In this document: one piece after another, positions 32,107 through 40,854 of the stretch
How positions within the stretch are numbered: position 1 is the first letter of the stretch
How the letters are laid out: the number at the start of each line of letters is the position of its first letter
IMG/VR virus record: IMGVR_UViG_3300045988_082442
Location: 128,001 to 192,000 of that record
Source of the DNA: a virus
Length of the DNA stretch: 64,000 nt
Reading direction: 5' to 3' (one strand)
Notes under the pieces: model-generated
Seen by the model: the letters and a program-made list of their open reading frames with translations, nothing else
Told to the model about the DNA's origin: nothing
The model's database searches: none
Position numbers and translations under genes: made by a program

Positions 32107-34647
32107 ATGGCAAATCCAGTAGCATATTATGATGGAGGTAATATAACTTGTTTCCCATCATCTAATGCAAAAGACTTTGGTAAGTTGCATACAGAATTTA
32201 ATGAAGCAAGATTTGTAACAAGAGTAGCAAAAAAGAACTTTTGTATAAAGAATCCTAGTTTTACATTAAAAGCAGCAGTAGATATAACAACAAATACACC
32301 AATGCTTGAAATATCAGAAGGTGAGGCTTCTATAAATGGTATGGATATAATAGCATCAGTACCAATTCAAATAGCACCCCCAGGAACAGCAGGTAAATGG
32401 TATGTTGCATTTAAACTAGGTAGAGATAATTTAGGTAGAGATTTTAAAGTAGGAAAATATAAATTAAAAGGTAATGTTTTAGGAGACCTAGTAGTAGGTG
32501 TTACAAAAACATTTGAGGGTATGTATTTAACATATTTTGATAAAAGATTAGATGAGGGTGATGAAGACCCAGATATGTTATATTTAGGTAGTATATATTG
32601 GGATGGTCATGATTTCTCAGATATAAAAGAAGACCCTCAAAAATATACTAGAATAGAAGCAGAAGATGTAGGATGTTACATAAAAGACCCAAAACATGCA
32701 GATATAACATATATGGATTTACAAAGTTTAATATACAAACTTCCTGACTGGTATTTCTCAAAAGAGGGAGATGTATGTTATGGAGAGATAAATGTAGTTC
32801 CAGGTAGAGGTTCAGCTCCATCTCCTTATAATGACCCAATGCCAGGATTCCAATTAAGAGCTTATGATGGCAATACGACTAAAATGGTTATTAAAGCATC
32901 TAGTATAGAAAACAGTACATTGATGAGATATGGAGATATAAATAATGATGGTGTTATAGACCAAGCAGATTTAGATTTAGTAACAAAGTTTGTTAATGGA
33001 ACAGTAAAACCAACACCTTTACAAAAAGAACTAGCTTGTGTAAGTGGAAATAGAGAAGGAAAGCTAACTGATAATGATGTTACTATGATTAAGAATTATG
33101 TAGCAGGTGAAAGACCAGTTGGTAAGAAAGGTGAAAAGAACCCAATAGGAAAAACAGGTTGTATCTATGGTATAGGGGATATAGAGAATGGAATGACATT
33201 ATATTCTTCAAATTCTAAATCAGAAATAGATATGGACCATGCACAATTATATACTAACTTTGATGATGATATATTCCATATACACAATCCAGAAGGTATA
33301 TGTGTTGAATCTGGTGGTGGAAATATCAAGTTAGAAGCATATAATGATATTATAATGAAAAGATTTGATTCTCATGCACCAACATTAAAATTAACTGGAA
33401 ATGTTCTTCAAATGACAGACCCAGATACACCAAACTTAAAATGGAAGCTTGATTTTATATTAGATAATAAGAAAGAGAAATTACAACAAACAATAGGTAA
33501 ATCAATACTACAATATGATTTATCAAATAAATACCTATCATTATTAGGAACAGATACATCAAGATTTGATATAATACCACCATTCTATATGGAAAATGCA
33601 GTAAATAGATGTATAGGAACATTATACTTTGGACCAGAAGATGGTAATAATGATAACTACATGAGAAAAAATGAGATACAATTAGATAGTAATGCAGCAG
33701 ATAAGGTTGAACTAAAAATGACTGACAGATTTATATATTTAAAAGATGAAAATAAAGGTTCAACAAATAGCTACTTCAAAGTAGGTGCAGCAGATGATAA
33801 TAACTATGTTAAAATAAATTCTAATGGAAATACAGAAATAAAAAATACAACAGGAACAGCAGAGATTAAATTTGCAGGTAGTGGAACAAATACAGCAAGA
33901 ATATATCATAATCATAATGACAACTATATCAGAATAGATACTAATTTATGGGTTAAAAATGATATAGAAGCAGGTGGTGATGGATACTTTAATGGTGGAG
34001 ATGTTCATATCAAAAATGCAGGTGGACAATCTAATCTATACTTTACAGATGGAAGCAAAACATATAAGATTTATCATATTAATGGTGAAACTGTATTAAG
34101 AATGAATACTACACTTAATATGAACAATAACAATATAGAAAATGTAAACAATATAAAAACAACTACATTAAATGTAGGAACAGGCTATAATAAATTGACA
34201 GTTGATAAAGATGGTAACTTAAATACAACAGGAACAATTACTGGTAAAAAGGTATATGGAGCTGTATATAATGGATTTGGTGAGATATTTAAGAAAGCCA
34301 AAGATGAAGTTATTGAATATGGATACATTGTATATATGGGAACTGATGGACTAGTTCATAAGGTATCTAAAAAAGAAGACCTAAATTCTATTGTTGGTAT
34401 ATGTTCTAATACAATAGGTATGGAGATGGCTGGTGATGCTCAAAACTTAGCTGAAGATGAAAAAGTAGAAGTAGAAATGTTAGGTAAAATATGGGTTAAA
34501 TCAGAAGATACATCTATAAAACCAGGAGATATGATAATGGCATTAGAAGATGGTACAATAGCAAAAACAATAGTTAAAGAAGATAAGTTCGGTATTGCAA
34601 TGACATCAAATATAGATGGTAAAGTAAGAATAGTTTATAATGGCTAA
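32107..34647 (+). CDS. tail fibre/spike protein with internal dockerin-like module
   Basis: 846 aa. GDINNDGVIDQADLDLVTKFVNG plus a degenerate second segment, LTDNDVTMIKNYVAG (nt 32932-33108). Confidence 0.65.
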   Translation: MANPVAYYDGGNITCFPSSNAKDFGKLHTEFNEARFVTRVAKKNFCIKNPSFTLKAAVDITTNTPMLEISEGEASINGMDIIASVPIQIAPPGTAGKWYVAFKLGRDNLGRDFKVGKYKLKGNVLGDLVVGVTKTFEGMYLTYFDKRLDEGDEDPDMLYLGSIYWDGHDFSDIKEDPQKYTRIEAEDVGCYIKDPKHADITYMDLQSLIYKLPDWYFSKEGDVCYGEINVVPGRGSAPSPYNDPMPGFQLRAYDGNTTKMVIKASSIENSTLMRYGDINNDGVIDQADLDLVTKFVNGTVKPTPLQKELACVSGNREGKLTDNDVTMIKNYVAGERPVGKKGEKNPIGKTGCIYGIGDIENGMTLYSSNSKSEIDMDHAQLYTNFDDDIFHIHNPEGICVESGGGNIKLEAYNDIIMKRFDSHAPTLKLTGNVLQMTDPDTPNLKWKLDFILDNKKEKLQQTIGKSILQYDLSNKYLSLLGTDTSRFDIIPPFYMENAVNRCIGTLYFGPEDGNNDNYMRKNEIQLDSNAADKVELKMTDRFIYLKDENKGSTNSYFKVGAADDNNYVKINSNGNTEIKNTTGTAEIKFAGSGTNTARIYHNHNDNYIRIDTNLWVKNDIEAGGDGYFNGGDVHIKNAGGQSNLYFTDGSKTYKIYHINGETVLRMNTTLNMNNNNIENVNNIKTTTLNVGTGYNKLTVDKDGNLNTTGTITGKKVYGAVYNGFGEIFKKAKDEVIEYGYIVYMGTDGLVHKVSKKEDLNSIVGICSNTIGMEMAGDAQNLAEDEKVEVEMLGKIWVKSEDTSIKPGDMIMALEDGTIAKTIVKEDKFGIAMTSNIDGKVRIVYNG

Positions 34648-34707
34648 TATAAAAAGAGGAAGTAAACTTACTTCCTCAATCATTTATAGATAGGAGGTAT
34701 CTGTGTA

Positions 34708-34815
34708 TTGAACTGGAGAGATAGAGTTTTATTATTACTATTATTTATATACTGCATAACATTCTGGGTACTTATTATAGGTGCAGCAAACTTCCTATTA
34801 CAAATAATATTTTAG
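34708..34815 (+). CDS. 35-aa hydrophobic peptide (TTG start)
   Basis: AGGAGGT lies 9 nt upstream. One predicted transmembrane stretch. Below the track cutoff. Confidence 0.3.
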   Translation: MNWRDRVLLLLLFIYCITFWVLIIGAANFLLQIIF

Positions 34816-34836
34816 TATATAGGGAGATGGAATATT

Positions 34837-35340
34837 ATGAGTGATAACAAGTCAGCTAGAATGGAATTAGAGAAAATATTTGGCAAAATATGTATGATAG
34901 AAGAAGCTGGTATAAGATATATTCCAAAAGAGAAGAGAAAGAAAATAAAAGGTTATACAAAATATGATGAAGTACTGACATATCATCATATAAAAGAGAA
35001 GCATACTGGTGGTAAAGCAACTTTTGAAAATGGGGCTTTGATAAGGGGTTATAATCATAGATGGTTACACTCATTACCAGAAGATGAGAAAGAGTTAGTA
35101 AACCAACAATTACAAGAATATAAAATGAGAATTATGACATTACAGGGAAATGGTCAAGTAACAGATAGTAAATCAATTAGTTTAGATTTTAATATGGATG
35201 ATTGCATCACTATTCCTGTATATAATAATAAGAATAAACATAGGGGTTCAGCAAAGAAAAGACAGGCATTAGATAGAGAAGAAAGAAAATTAAGAAAATA
35301 TAATAAATTAACACTTGACGATGATGATTATGAGTTATAA
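34837..35340 (+). CDS. HNH endonuclease
   Basis: LTYHHIKEKHTGGKATFENGALIRGYNHRWLH (H-N-H spacing). Confidence 0.65.
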   Translation: MSDNKSARMELEKIFGKICMIEEAGIRYIPKEKRKKIKGYTKYDEVLTYHHIKEKHTGGKATFENGALIRGYNHRWLHSLPEDEKELVNQQLQEYKMRIMTLQGNGQVTDSKSISLDFNMDDCITIPVYNNKNKHRGSAKKRQALDREERKLRKYNKLTLDDDDYEL

Positions 35341-35357
35341 ATGGGGGTAGATAAATT

Positions 35358-35453
35358 ATGGGATTTATAATATTTATGATAGGATTGATAATTGGATTGC
35401 TTTCAGGAGTTTCAATAATATGTTTATTAAATGCAGGAAAGGATGAAGATTAA
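35358..35453 (+). CDS. 31-aa membrane peptide
   Basis: MGFIIFMIGLIIGLLSGVSIICLL; fills a gap. Confidence 0.35.
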   Translation: MGFIIFMIGLIIGLLSGVSIICLLNAGKDED

Positions 35454-35455
35454 TT

Positions 35456-35755
35456 ATGTGTGAAAAATGTGGAAGAACAATATTATTACAATCACATGAT
35501 GGTAGAGAACATGTAGATATAAAAGATAATGAAATCAGACTTAGACGTTTTTCTTTTGAAGAAGGATATGAATATACAATGGAGTCAGAGACATTGAATT
35601 ATTGTCCAATATGTGGAAATAAAATTGGAAATAAACCAGTAGAAAAATATGTAATTGCTAGTAATAATGACGATGATGATGAAGATTGGGATGACGACGA
35701 AGACAACGAAGATGTTGAAGACTGGGATGAAGAAGATGATGACGATAAAGACTAA
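35456..35755 (+). CDS. zinc-ribbon protein with poly-acidic tail
   Basis: CEKCGR...CPICGN; C-terminus DDDDEDWDDDEDNEDVEDWDEEDDDDKD. Confidence 0.65.
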   Translation: MCEKCGRTILLQSHDGREHVDIKDNEIRLRRFSFEEGYEYTMESETLNYCPICGNKIGNKPVEKYVIASNNDDDDEDWDDDEDNEDVEDWDEEDDDDKD

Positions 35756-36002
35756 TAATGAACAATCAGCAAAACAACAAATAATAAATAGATTATTTAA
35801 TGTATTACAAGGACAAGGTATGTATGTTAGAGAAGATGGAACATTATCACCAAATGACAAATTAGAACAAACAAGTATATTAGTAGATACAGTGAAGTTT
35901 TTAAAAGACTATGATGAAAACATAAAAGTATTAAATAAATATTGGTTAGATAAGCATAGAAAAGAAAAGTTTAGTAAACCAGAGGAAGATATTGAAAGAT
36001 AG
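35655..36002 (+). CDS. hypothetical protein, paralog of 36080-36304; true start uncertain
   Basis: From about 35754 onward, the product (EQSAKQQIINRLF...) aligns with MDKLEAKQQMLKTML of the next gene. There is no in-frame ATG at that point. Confidence 0.45.
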   Translation: MLVIMTMMMKIGMTTKTTKMLKTGMKKMMTIKTNNEQSAKQQIINRLFNVLQGQGMYVREDGTLSPNDKLEQTSILVDTVKFLKDYDENIKVLNKYWLDKHRKEKFSKPEEDIER

Positions 36003-36079
36003 TATGAGATTCTTATGAGATTCAATTTCTAGGCATTTTTATATAATAAATATATAATTTTATATCAGGAGGTATAAAT

Positions 36080-36304
36080 ATGGATAAACTAGAAGCTAAA
36101 CAACAGATGTTAAAAACAATGCTAGGTACAATAAAAGATGAAGCTATGCAAGTTAAGGATTCCACAATACCAGACAAAGATAAATTAGAGAAAGTAAATG
36201 TGCTGTTAAACATTATGTATTATGTTCAAAACTATAATGAATATACACAGGTTATAGCAGAATATAAAAGAAAGAAATCAAGACTAATGGGAAGGGAGAT
36301 ATAG
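36080..36304 (+). CDS. hypothetical protein
   Basis: ORF track; AGGAGG RBS. Confidence 0.65.
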   Translation: MDKLEAKQQMLKTMLGTIKDEAMQVKDSTIPDKDKLEKVNVLLNIMYYVQNYNEYTQVIAEYKRKKSRLMGREI

Positions 36305-36307
36305 ATA

Positions 36308-36895
36308 ATGAGTTTTAATCAAGTATTGAATAATAGACTAAATAAAGCTAATTTACCAGAAAATACAAATATAGTAGTATTATCATTAGTTCCAGAGTTA
36401 GATTATGTAGATGACTATATATTTGTATTTAGAAAAGAATATCAAGATACTAAAACTCATATCTATAATCTAAAAAGAGTATATGTCATCAAATGTAGTA
36501 CATTATTTTATGATAATAGAGTAATAATAACAAAATTGTTAGATTGTGTTAATGAAGCTTGGGAATCATATAATACTTTTGGAAATAAGGTATATGTTGA
36601 AAGATATAACTGGGGAAGTACATCTGATATAGCAATTGTAGAATTTGAAGAATTAGATATAATATATCAATATGAAAACACAGAAGGAAACCTTACAGAA
36701 GGAGATATAAAGAGCTATACCTTAAATGAAAAGAAGAGTATAAATAAATTTTTAGGAAGTGCAGTTGTATATCAATACGGAGCAGATGTAACAATAGAGC
36801 TAGAATATGATAAAAAACCAACAGAATCCAAATTTAAAAAAGATATTATAGCTGAATACGAAAAGACACATACTAAGAAAGGGGATACCAAATGA
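36308..36895 (+). CDS. hypothetical protein
   Basis: ORF track. Confidence 0.65.
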   Translation: MSFNQVLNNRLNKANLPENTNIVVLSLVPELDYVDDYIFVFRKEYQDTKTHIYNLKRVYVIKCSTLFYDNRVIITKLLDCVNEAWESYNTFGNKVYVERYNWGSTSDIAIVEFEELDIIYQYENTEGNLTEGDIKSYTLNEKKSINKFLGSAVVYQYGADVTIELEYDKKPTESKFKKDIIAEYEKTHTKKGDTK

Positions 36896-37272
36896 ATTTA
36901 GTAGATATAACCAGAAATATGATGTTAGAGGATTATGACTATTACGATGATGACGATGATTGGTCATATACACCATCAGAAGAGGAAATAAAATCTGAAA
37001 AAACTAAGAGAGCAAAAAGACTATTCCCAATGGAATATAAGACAACAGAAAAAGAAGAAATAAATGTAGATAATTGGGATTTAAAGGATTGTGTAGAAGA
37101 AGCTGAGAAATTAGCAAATAAATATAAAACAATACTTCTAAATGAATATAATCTTACTATAAATGACTTACAAAGAGCTAGTTATTCTAATACTGATAAA
37201 AGCATTATGGATATTATAGTATGCTGGAAAAGATGGAATAACTTTATACTATCATTTAAAAGATATGTATAA
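36892..37272 (+). CDS. hypothetical protein (acidic N-terminus)
   Basis: ORF track; 4-nt overlap with the upstream gene. Confidence 0.65.
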   Translation: MNLVDITRNMMLEDYDYYDDDDDWSYTPSEEEIKSEKTKRAKRLFPMEYKTTEKEEINVDNWDLKDCVEEAEKLANKYKTILLNEYNLTINDLQRASYSNTDKSIMDIIVCWKRWNNFILSFKRYV

Positions 37273-37277
37273 AATAC

Positions 37278-37306
37278 TTGACAAAATTTAAAACTTATAT
37301 TATAAT
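37278..37306 (+). promoter_or_regulatory. sigma-70-like promoter (family)
   Basis: TTGACA, 17 nt, TATAAT. Confidence 0.7.
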
Positions 37307-37342
37307 GAATTTAGGTTATAATATGAGAAGGAGTATTTTATA

Positions 37343-37776
37343 ATGAAAGATGTAATTGAAGAAACAAAAAGATTGATATTAAATAATAATAGAAAAAATT
37401 TAACAGAAATGGCTAGAATTGGTTATTTATATGATAAGAAAGGAAGAAAGGAAGACCAGAAGAGCAGTTTGAAGTATATGTAAATACAAATGATGATGGG
37501 GATAGACCACACTTTCATTTAAGATATGAACCAGACTGGGATGAATTTCATATCTGTATTAGAATTGACTGTTGTGAATACTTTGAACACGAGGGAAAAG
37601 AGAGTACTTTAAATAGTAGTATGAGAAAAAGGTTAGTAAACTTTCTAACATCTATAAATGAGGATGATGATAGCAAAACAAACTGGCAAGTTTTAGTTAT
37701 TGAATGGAACAGAAATAACTCTAATCAAAAAGTAGATAAAGATATTGAGATGCCAGATTATTTGAATTTGAAGTAA
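37343..37776 (+). pseudogene. frame-disrupted gene (46-codon ORF, then -1 frame open from 37438 to 37776; DUF4160-like PHFH segment)
   Basis: Frame 1 stops at 37481. The second frame reads ..FEVYVNTNDDGDRPHFHLRY.. with no start codon. The switch must lie in the purine-rich stretch 37438-37480. Confidence 0.5.
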
Positions 37777-37788
37777 AATATTAATGAA
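37773..37788 (+). promoter_or_regulatory. late-promoter-like motif (variant)
   Basis: GTAAAATATTAATGAA, followed by hairpin GCAGGTAG..CTACCCGC. Confidence 0.35.
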
Positions 37789-37839
37789 AGCAGGTAGGAC
37801 ATACAAATTCTACCCGCTTTAAACTTTTAAGAAAAATGC

Positions 37840-37868
37840 TTGACAAAATTTAAAACTTATAATATACT
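37840..37868 (+). promoter_or_regulatory. sigma-70-like promoter (family)
   Basis: TTGACA, 17 nt, TATACT. Confidence 0.7.
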
Positions 37869-37898
37869 ATCAACAGTTTAAGTTTGGGGGTATAAATA

Positions 37899-38030
37899 AT
37901 GAATTTGGAAGAATTTATAAATGATATAAAAGAACAAGAATTAAACTTATATAGAAATTGCATAGAGGCACTAAAAACAGAATATAACACAGGTAAATAT
38001 AATGGAGATTTACAATCATTTTGGAGATGA
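37899..38030 (+). CDS. small hypothetical protein (43 aa)
   Basis: ATG after a GGGGG RBS; below the track cutoff. Confidence 0.35.
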   Translation: MNLEEFINDIKEQELNLYRNCIEALKTEYNTGKYNGDLQSFWR

Positions 38031-38139
38031 TTATTCTTTTGAAGGTGAAAAGGGAAGTTGTGTAATTGAAGTAATTTGGGCAGGAGGATATAATATACAA
38101 AGACTTCATACTAGATGGATAGTTAAGAATAGTTTATAG
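38002..38139 (+). CDS. small hypothetical protein (45 aa), overlapping the previous ORF in another frame
   Basis: ATG..TAG ORF. It could be the continuation of 37899 after a frame change. Confidence 0.3.
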   Translation: MEIYNHFGDDYSFEGEKGSCVIEVIWAGGYNIQRLHTRWIVKNSL

Positions 38140-38153
38140 GAGATATATAAGAT

Positions 38154-38432
38154 ATGAAAATATTAAAGATGTATTACGAAAGATTAAAAGGGAATATGCC
38201 ATATAATAAAGCAAAAGAAGCATTATATAACTTTGGAGATTTATTAGAGAAACATGGTTGGGTAAATGATATGATGGAAGCTGGTTATGTTTCCCCAGAT
38301 TTAAGTACAATATTCTATTATGGAAGAAGTCCTTATAATGGACAATTTGTTCAGTTTACAGCAGGAACAAAAGCAAATAATAAGTATGTAGAAATACAAG
38401 AAAGATATTCAGAATACTTTGTAGAGGTATAG
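38154..38432 (+). CDS. hypothetical protein
   Basis: ORF track; GGAG RBS. Confidence 0.65.
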   Translation: MKILKMYYERLKGNMPYNKAKEALYNFGDLLEKHGWVNDMMEAGYVSPDLSTIFYYGRSPYNGQFVQFTAGTKANNKYVEIQERYSEYFVEV

Positions 38433-38512
38433 AAATAAATAAGTAGATTTAGATGTTAATATAAGTAGAACACCAATCTTTAAAAAAAATTAAAAATATT
38501 TTACAAAAATGC

Positions 38513-38541
38513 TTGACAAAATTTAAAACTTATAATAATAT
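38513..38541 (+). promoter_or_regulatory. sigma-70-like promoter (family)
   Basis: TTGACA, 17 nt, TAATAT. Confidence 0.7.
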
Positions 38542-38577
38542 ATGTGCATAATAAAAATACAAAGGAGGTAAATGTAA

Positions 38578-38888
38578 TGAAAAGAGGTAGAAGAGAAAGT
38601 GTTGGGGAGGCTATTGAACAGCTTCAAAAAATGAAAAGAAAGGTAGATACAGAACATAAAAGATATAAAGAAATGTATATAACAGAAACTGTAAAAGAAT
38701 CCCAAAACACTGTAAGAAGGCTTTCATCTAAATTAGAAACATTACAAGGGAAAGAAACAAACGAGGAAACAATACTAAAAGTAGTTGATGAATTATTTAG
38801 CATATTGTTTGAAAGTCATAAAAACTTAGATAAGATTGAAGATAATTATACATTTTATAAAGACCTTGATGATAAGTTCAATCAATAG
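38578..38888 (+). CDS. hypothetical protein
   Basis: Track frame. ATG at 38578 follows AAGGAGG. The track start at 38544 lies immediately downstream of the promoter -10. Confidence 0.65.
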
Positions 38889-38905
38889 TTTAGGAGGAAA
38901 CTAAA

Positions 38906-39734
38906 ATGATAAAAAGAAATAAGAGAAAATCAACAACAAACAGAAGATTTAAAGATACTAAAAGGAGTAGTCACCTGAGAAGGAACAATAAGTTTAGTGT
39001 AAAGAAAGGTTTTAAAAAGCCACATTTAAGAATAGACAGAATAATATTAGTTATAATGATTATAGTTTTTATAATATTAATACATAATCAATATAAGAAA
39101 CAACATGAAACAGACAATACATTAAATAAAATGATAAATACTTTAGAAACAATACAGACAGAGCTAGAAGATATGACTGATAAACAAGTGCAATTAGAAG
39201 AGAAACAAAAAGAGTTAGAAGTATCAAAAGCTCAAAAGAAAGAAGAGAAAGCAAGATTAGCAAGGGAAGCAGAAGAAAAGGCTAGAATTGCTAAGGAAGA
39301 AGCTAGAAAAGCAGAAGAAGCTAGAAAAGCAGAAGAAGCTAAGAAACAAGAACAAATAAGAGTTGCCAGTACAAAACCAGTTACATCAAGAGGTGGAACA
39401 ACAGTAAGGGAATCAAGCTCTAGTTCTAAATCAGGATTACAATCTTATGCACATGATTTATGTATAAATACTTATGGTTGGTCAGAAAATGATTATCAAT
39501 GTTTAGTTAAATTATGGAATAGAGAATCAGGATGGAATCCAAATGCCCATAATAAATCATCAGGATCCCATGGTATTCCACAGTCATTACCAGCATCTAA
39601 GATGGCTAGTGAAGGTTCTGATTATTATACAAATGGAAAAACCCAGATACGCTGGGGATTACGGGTATATTAAAAATAGATATAGCAATCCTTCTAGTGC
39701 CTGGGCTCACTCACAGCAGACAGGGTGGTATTAA
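38906..39734 (+). CDS. membrane-anchored coiled-coil protein with C-terminal transglycosylase-like domain; apparent +1 frame break near 39662
   Basis: WNRESGWNPNAHNKSSGSHGIPQ ... QIRWGL in frame 1 stops at 39673. YIKNRYSNPSSAWAHSQQTGWY continues in the next frame to 39734. Confidence 0.6.
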
Positions 39735-40270
39735 TGGAAATATGGAAAGATATTAAAGGCTATGAAGGTTACTATCAAGTAAGTAATCAAGGAAGGGTTA
39801 AAAGTCTAAGCAGAACTGTAAGTAAGAATTATAATCCAAGAAGAATAAGGGAAAGAATACTAAAAGTGAGACCAGATAAAGACGGTTATCTTTGTGTTAC
39901 ACTATCTGTTGATAATGTTAAAAAGGGTTTCCCTGTCCATAGGCTTGTTGCAATGACTTTTATTCCAAATCCAGAAAATAAAAGAACTGTAAATCACATA
40001 GATGGAGATAAAACTAATAATTGTGTTGAAAATTTAGAGTGGGCTACTGATTTAGAACAAACAGTTCATGGAATCAGGCTTGGGATTATAAATCCACATC
40101 ATACAAAGAATAGAAGACGTAGAAGGGTTATAAGGAGTGACGGTATTATTTATGATTCTATAAAGGAGGCTGCAGAGAAAAATAATCTTTTTACTTCTAA
40201 TATAATTGTATGCTGTCAAGGTAAGGTAAATTCTATTGGTGGCTATCATTGGGATTATTATAGTGGTTAA
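39734..40270 (+). CDS. HNH homing endonuclease with NUMOD4-like N-terminus
   Basis: WKDIKGYEGYYQVSNQGRVKS; HRLVAMTF..VNHIDGDKTNNCVENLEW. The ATG overlaps the TAA of the shifted transglycosylase frame. Confidence 0.75.
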   Translation: MEIWKDIKGYEGYYQVSNQGRVKSLSRTVSKNYNPRRIRERILKVRPDKDGYLCVTLSVDNVKKGFPVHRLVAMTFIPNPENKRTVNHIDGDKTNNCVENLEWATDLEQTVHGIRLGIINPHHTKNRRRRRVIRSDGIIYDSIKEAAEKNNLFTSNIIVCCQGKVNSIGGYHWDYYSG

Positions 40271-40273
40271 AGT

Positions 40274-40303
40274 AAGGAAGTGTAAAATACACTTCCTTTT
40301 TCT
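40274..40303 (+). terminator. intrinsic terminator
   Basis: AAGGAAGTGT-AAAA-TACACTTCCTT followed by TTTC. Confidence 0.7.
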
Positions 40304-40316
40304 TTGTGTTATTTGT

Positions 40317-40332
40317 GTAAAATATTAATGAG
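40317..40332 (+). promoter_or_regulatory. late-promoter-like motif
   Basis: GTAAAATATTAATGAG, followed by a TTGACA box (40341) that has no usable -10. Confidence 0.5.
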
Positions 40333-40379
40333 GGAAAACCTTGACAAAATTTAAAATTAGAGGTAGGAGGAAGATATCC

Positions 40380-40853
40380 ATGAAACAATTAACAAAACAA
40401 GATATTTTAAACAAATTGTATGAAATTGCAGAGAAAGAAGGATTAGATTTTACACGAGAGGTACAAAAAACAATAAGAAATGAAGTAGTGCCAATGGAGG
40501 TTATTAAGATTTTAAACAAATATGATAAGTCTTTTTTACCAATATATGATACATATAACACAGTGTATTTAAAAAGGTTTAAAAACCCATTATATAGAAA
40601 TCTAAGAAACCCATACATAGAAGAAGCAGAGGCAGCAATAGCATTAAGTTCATTAGTAACTAAGATGCTAATAAGCATTAGTATGATGAAAGAGGAAGAT
40701 GTAAAGATATTCTCTGCTGTAATGAATATACAAGGAATAAATGAAGCTCTAACTGATTATGCCTTAAATAGAGATGCAGAAGGTATTATGGAACGACACA
40801 GACAAGTTAGAGAATTGTTAGAATTGTTATTTTTAGAAGATAAGGAGGCATAA
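40380..40853 (+). CDS. hypothetical protein
   Basis: Track frame; ATG at 40380 after GGTAGGAGG. Confidence 0.65.
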   Translation: MKQLTKQDILNKLYEIAEKEGLDFTREVQKTIRNEVVPMEVIKILNKYDKSFLPIYDTYNTVYLKRFKNPLYRNLRNPYIEEAEAAIALSSLVTKMLISISMMKEEDVKIFSAVMNIQGINEALTDYALNRDAEGIMERHRQVRELLELLFLEDKEA

Positions 40854-40854
40854 A

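Noticed and set aside
40341-40369. TTGACAAAATTTAAAATTAGAGG as a fourteenth functional early promoter
   Set aside because: The -10 position reads TAGGAG, which is actually the RBS of the next gene, and the ATG is only 34 nt from the -35 box. It is probably a truncated promoter remnant downstream of the late motif.
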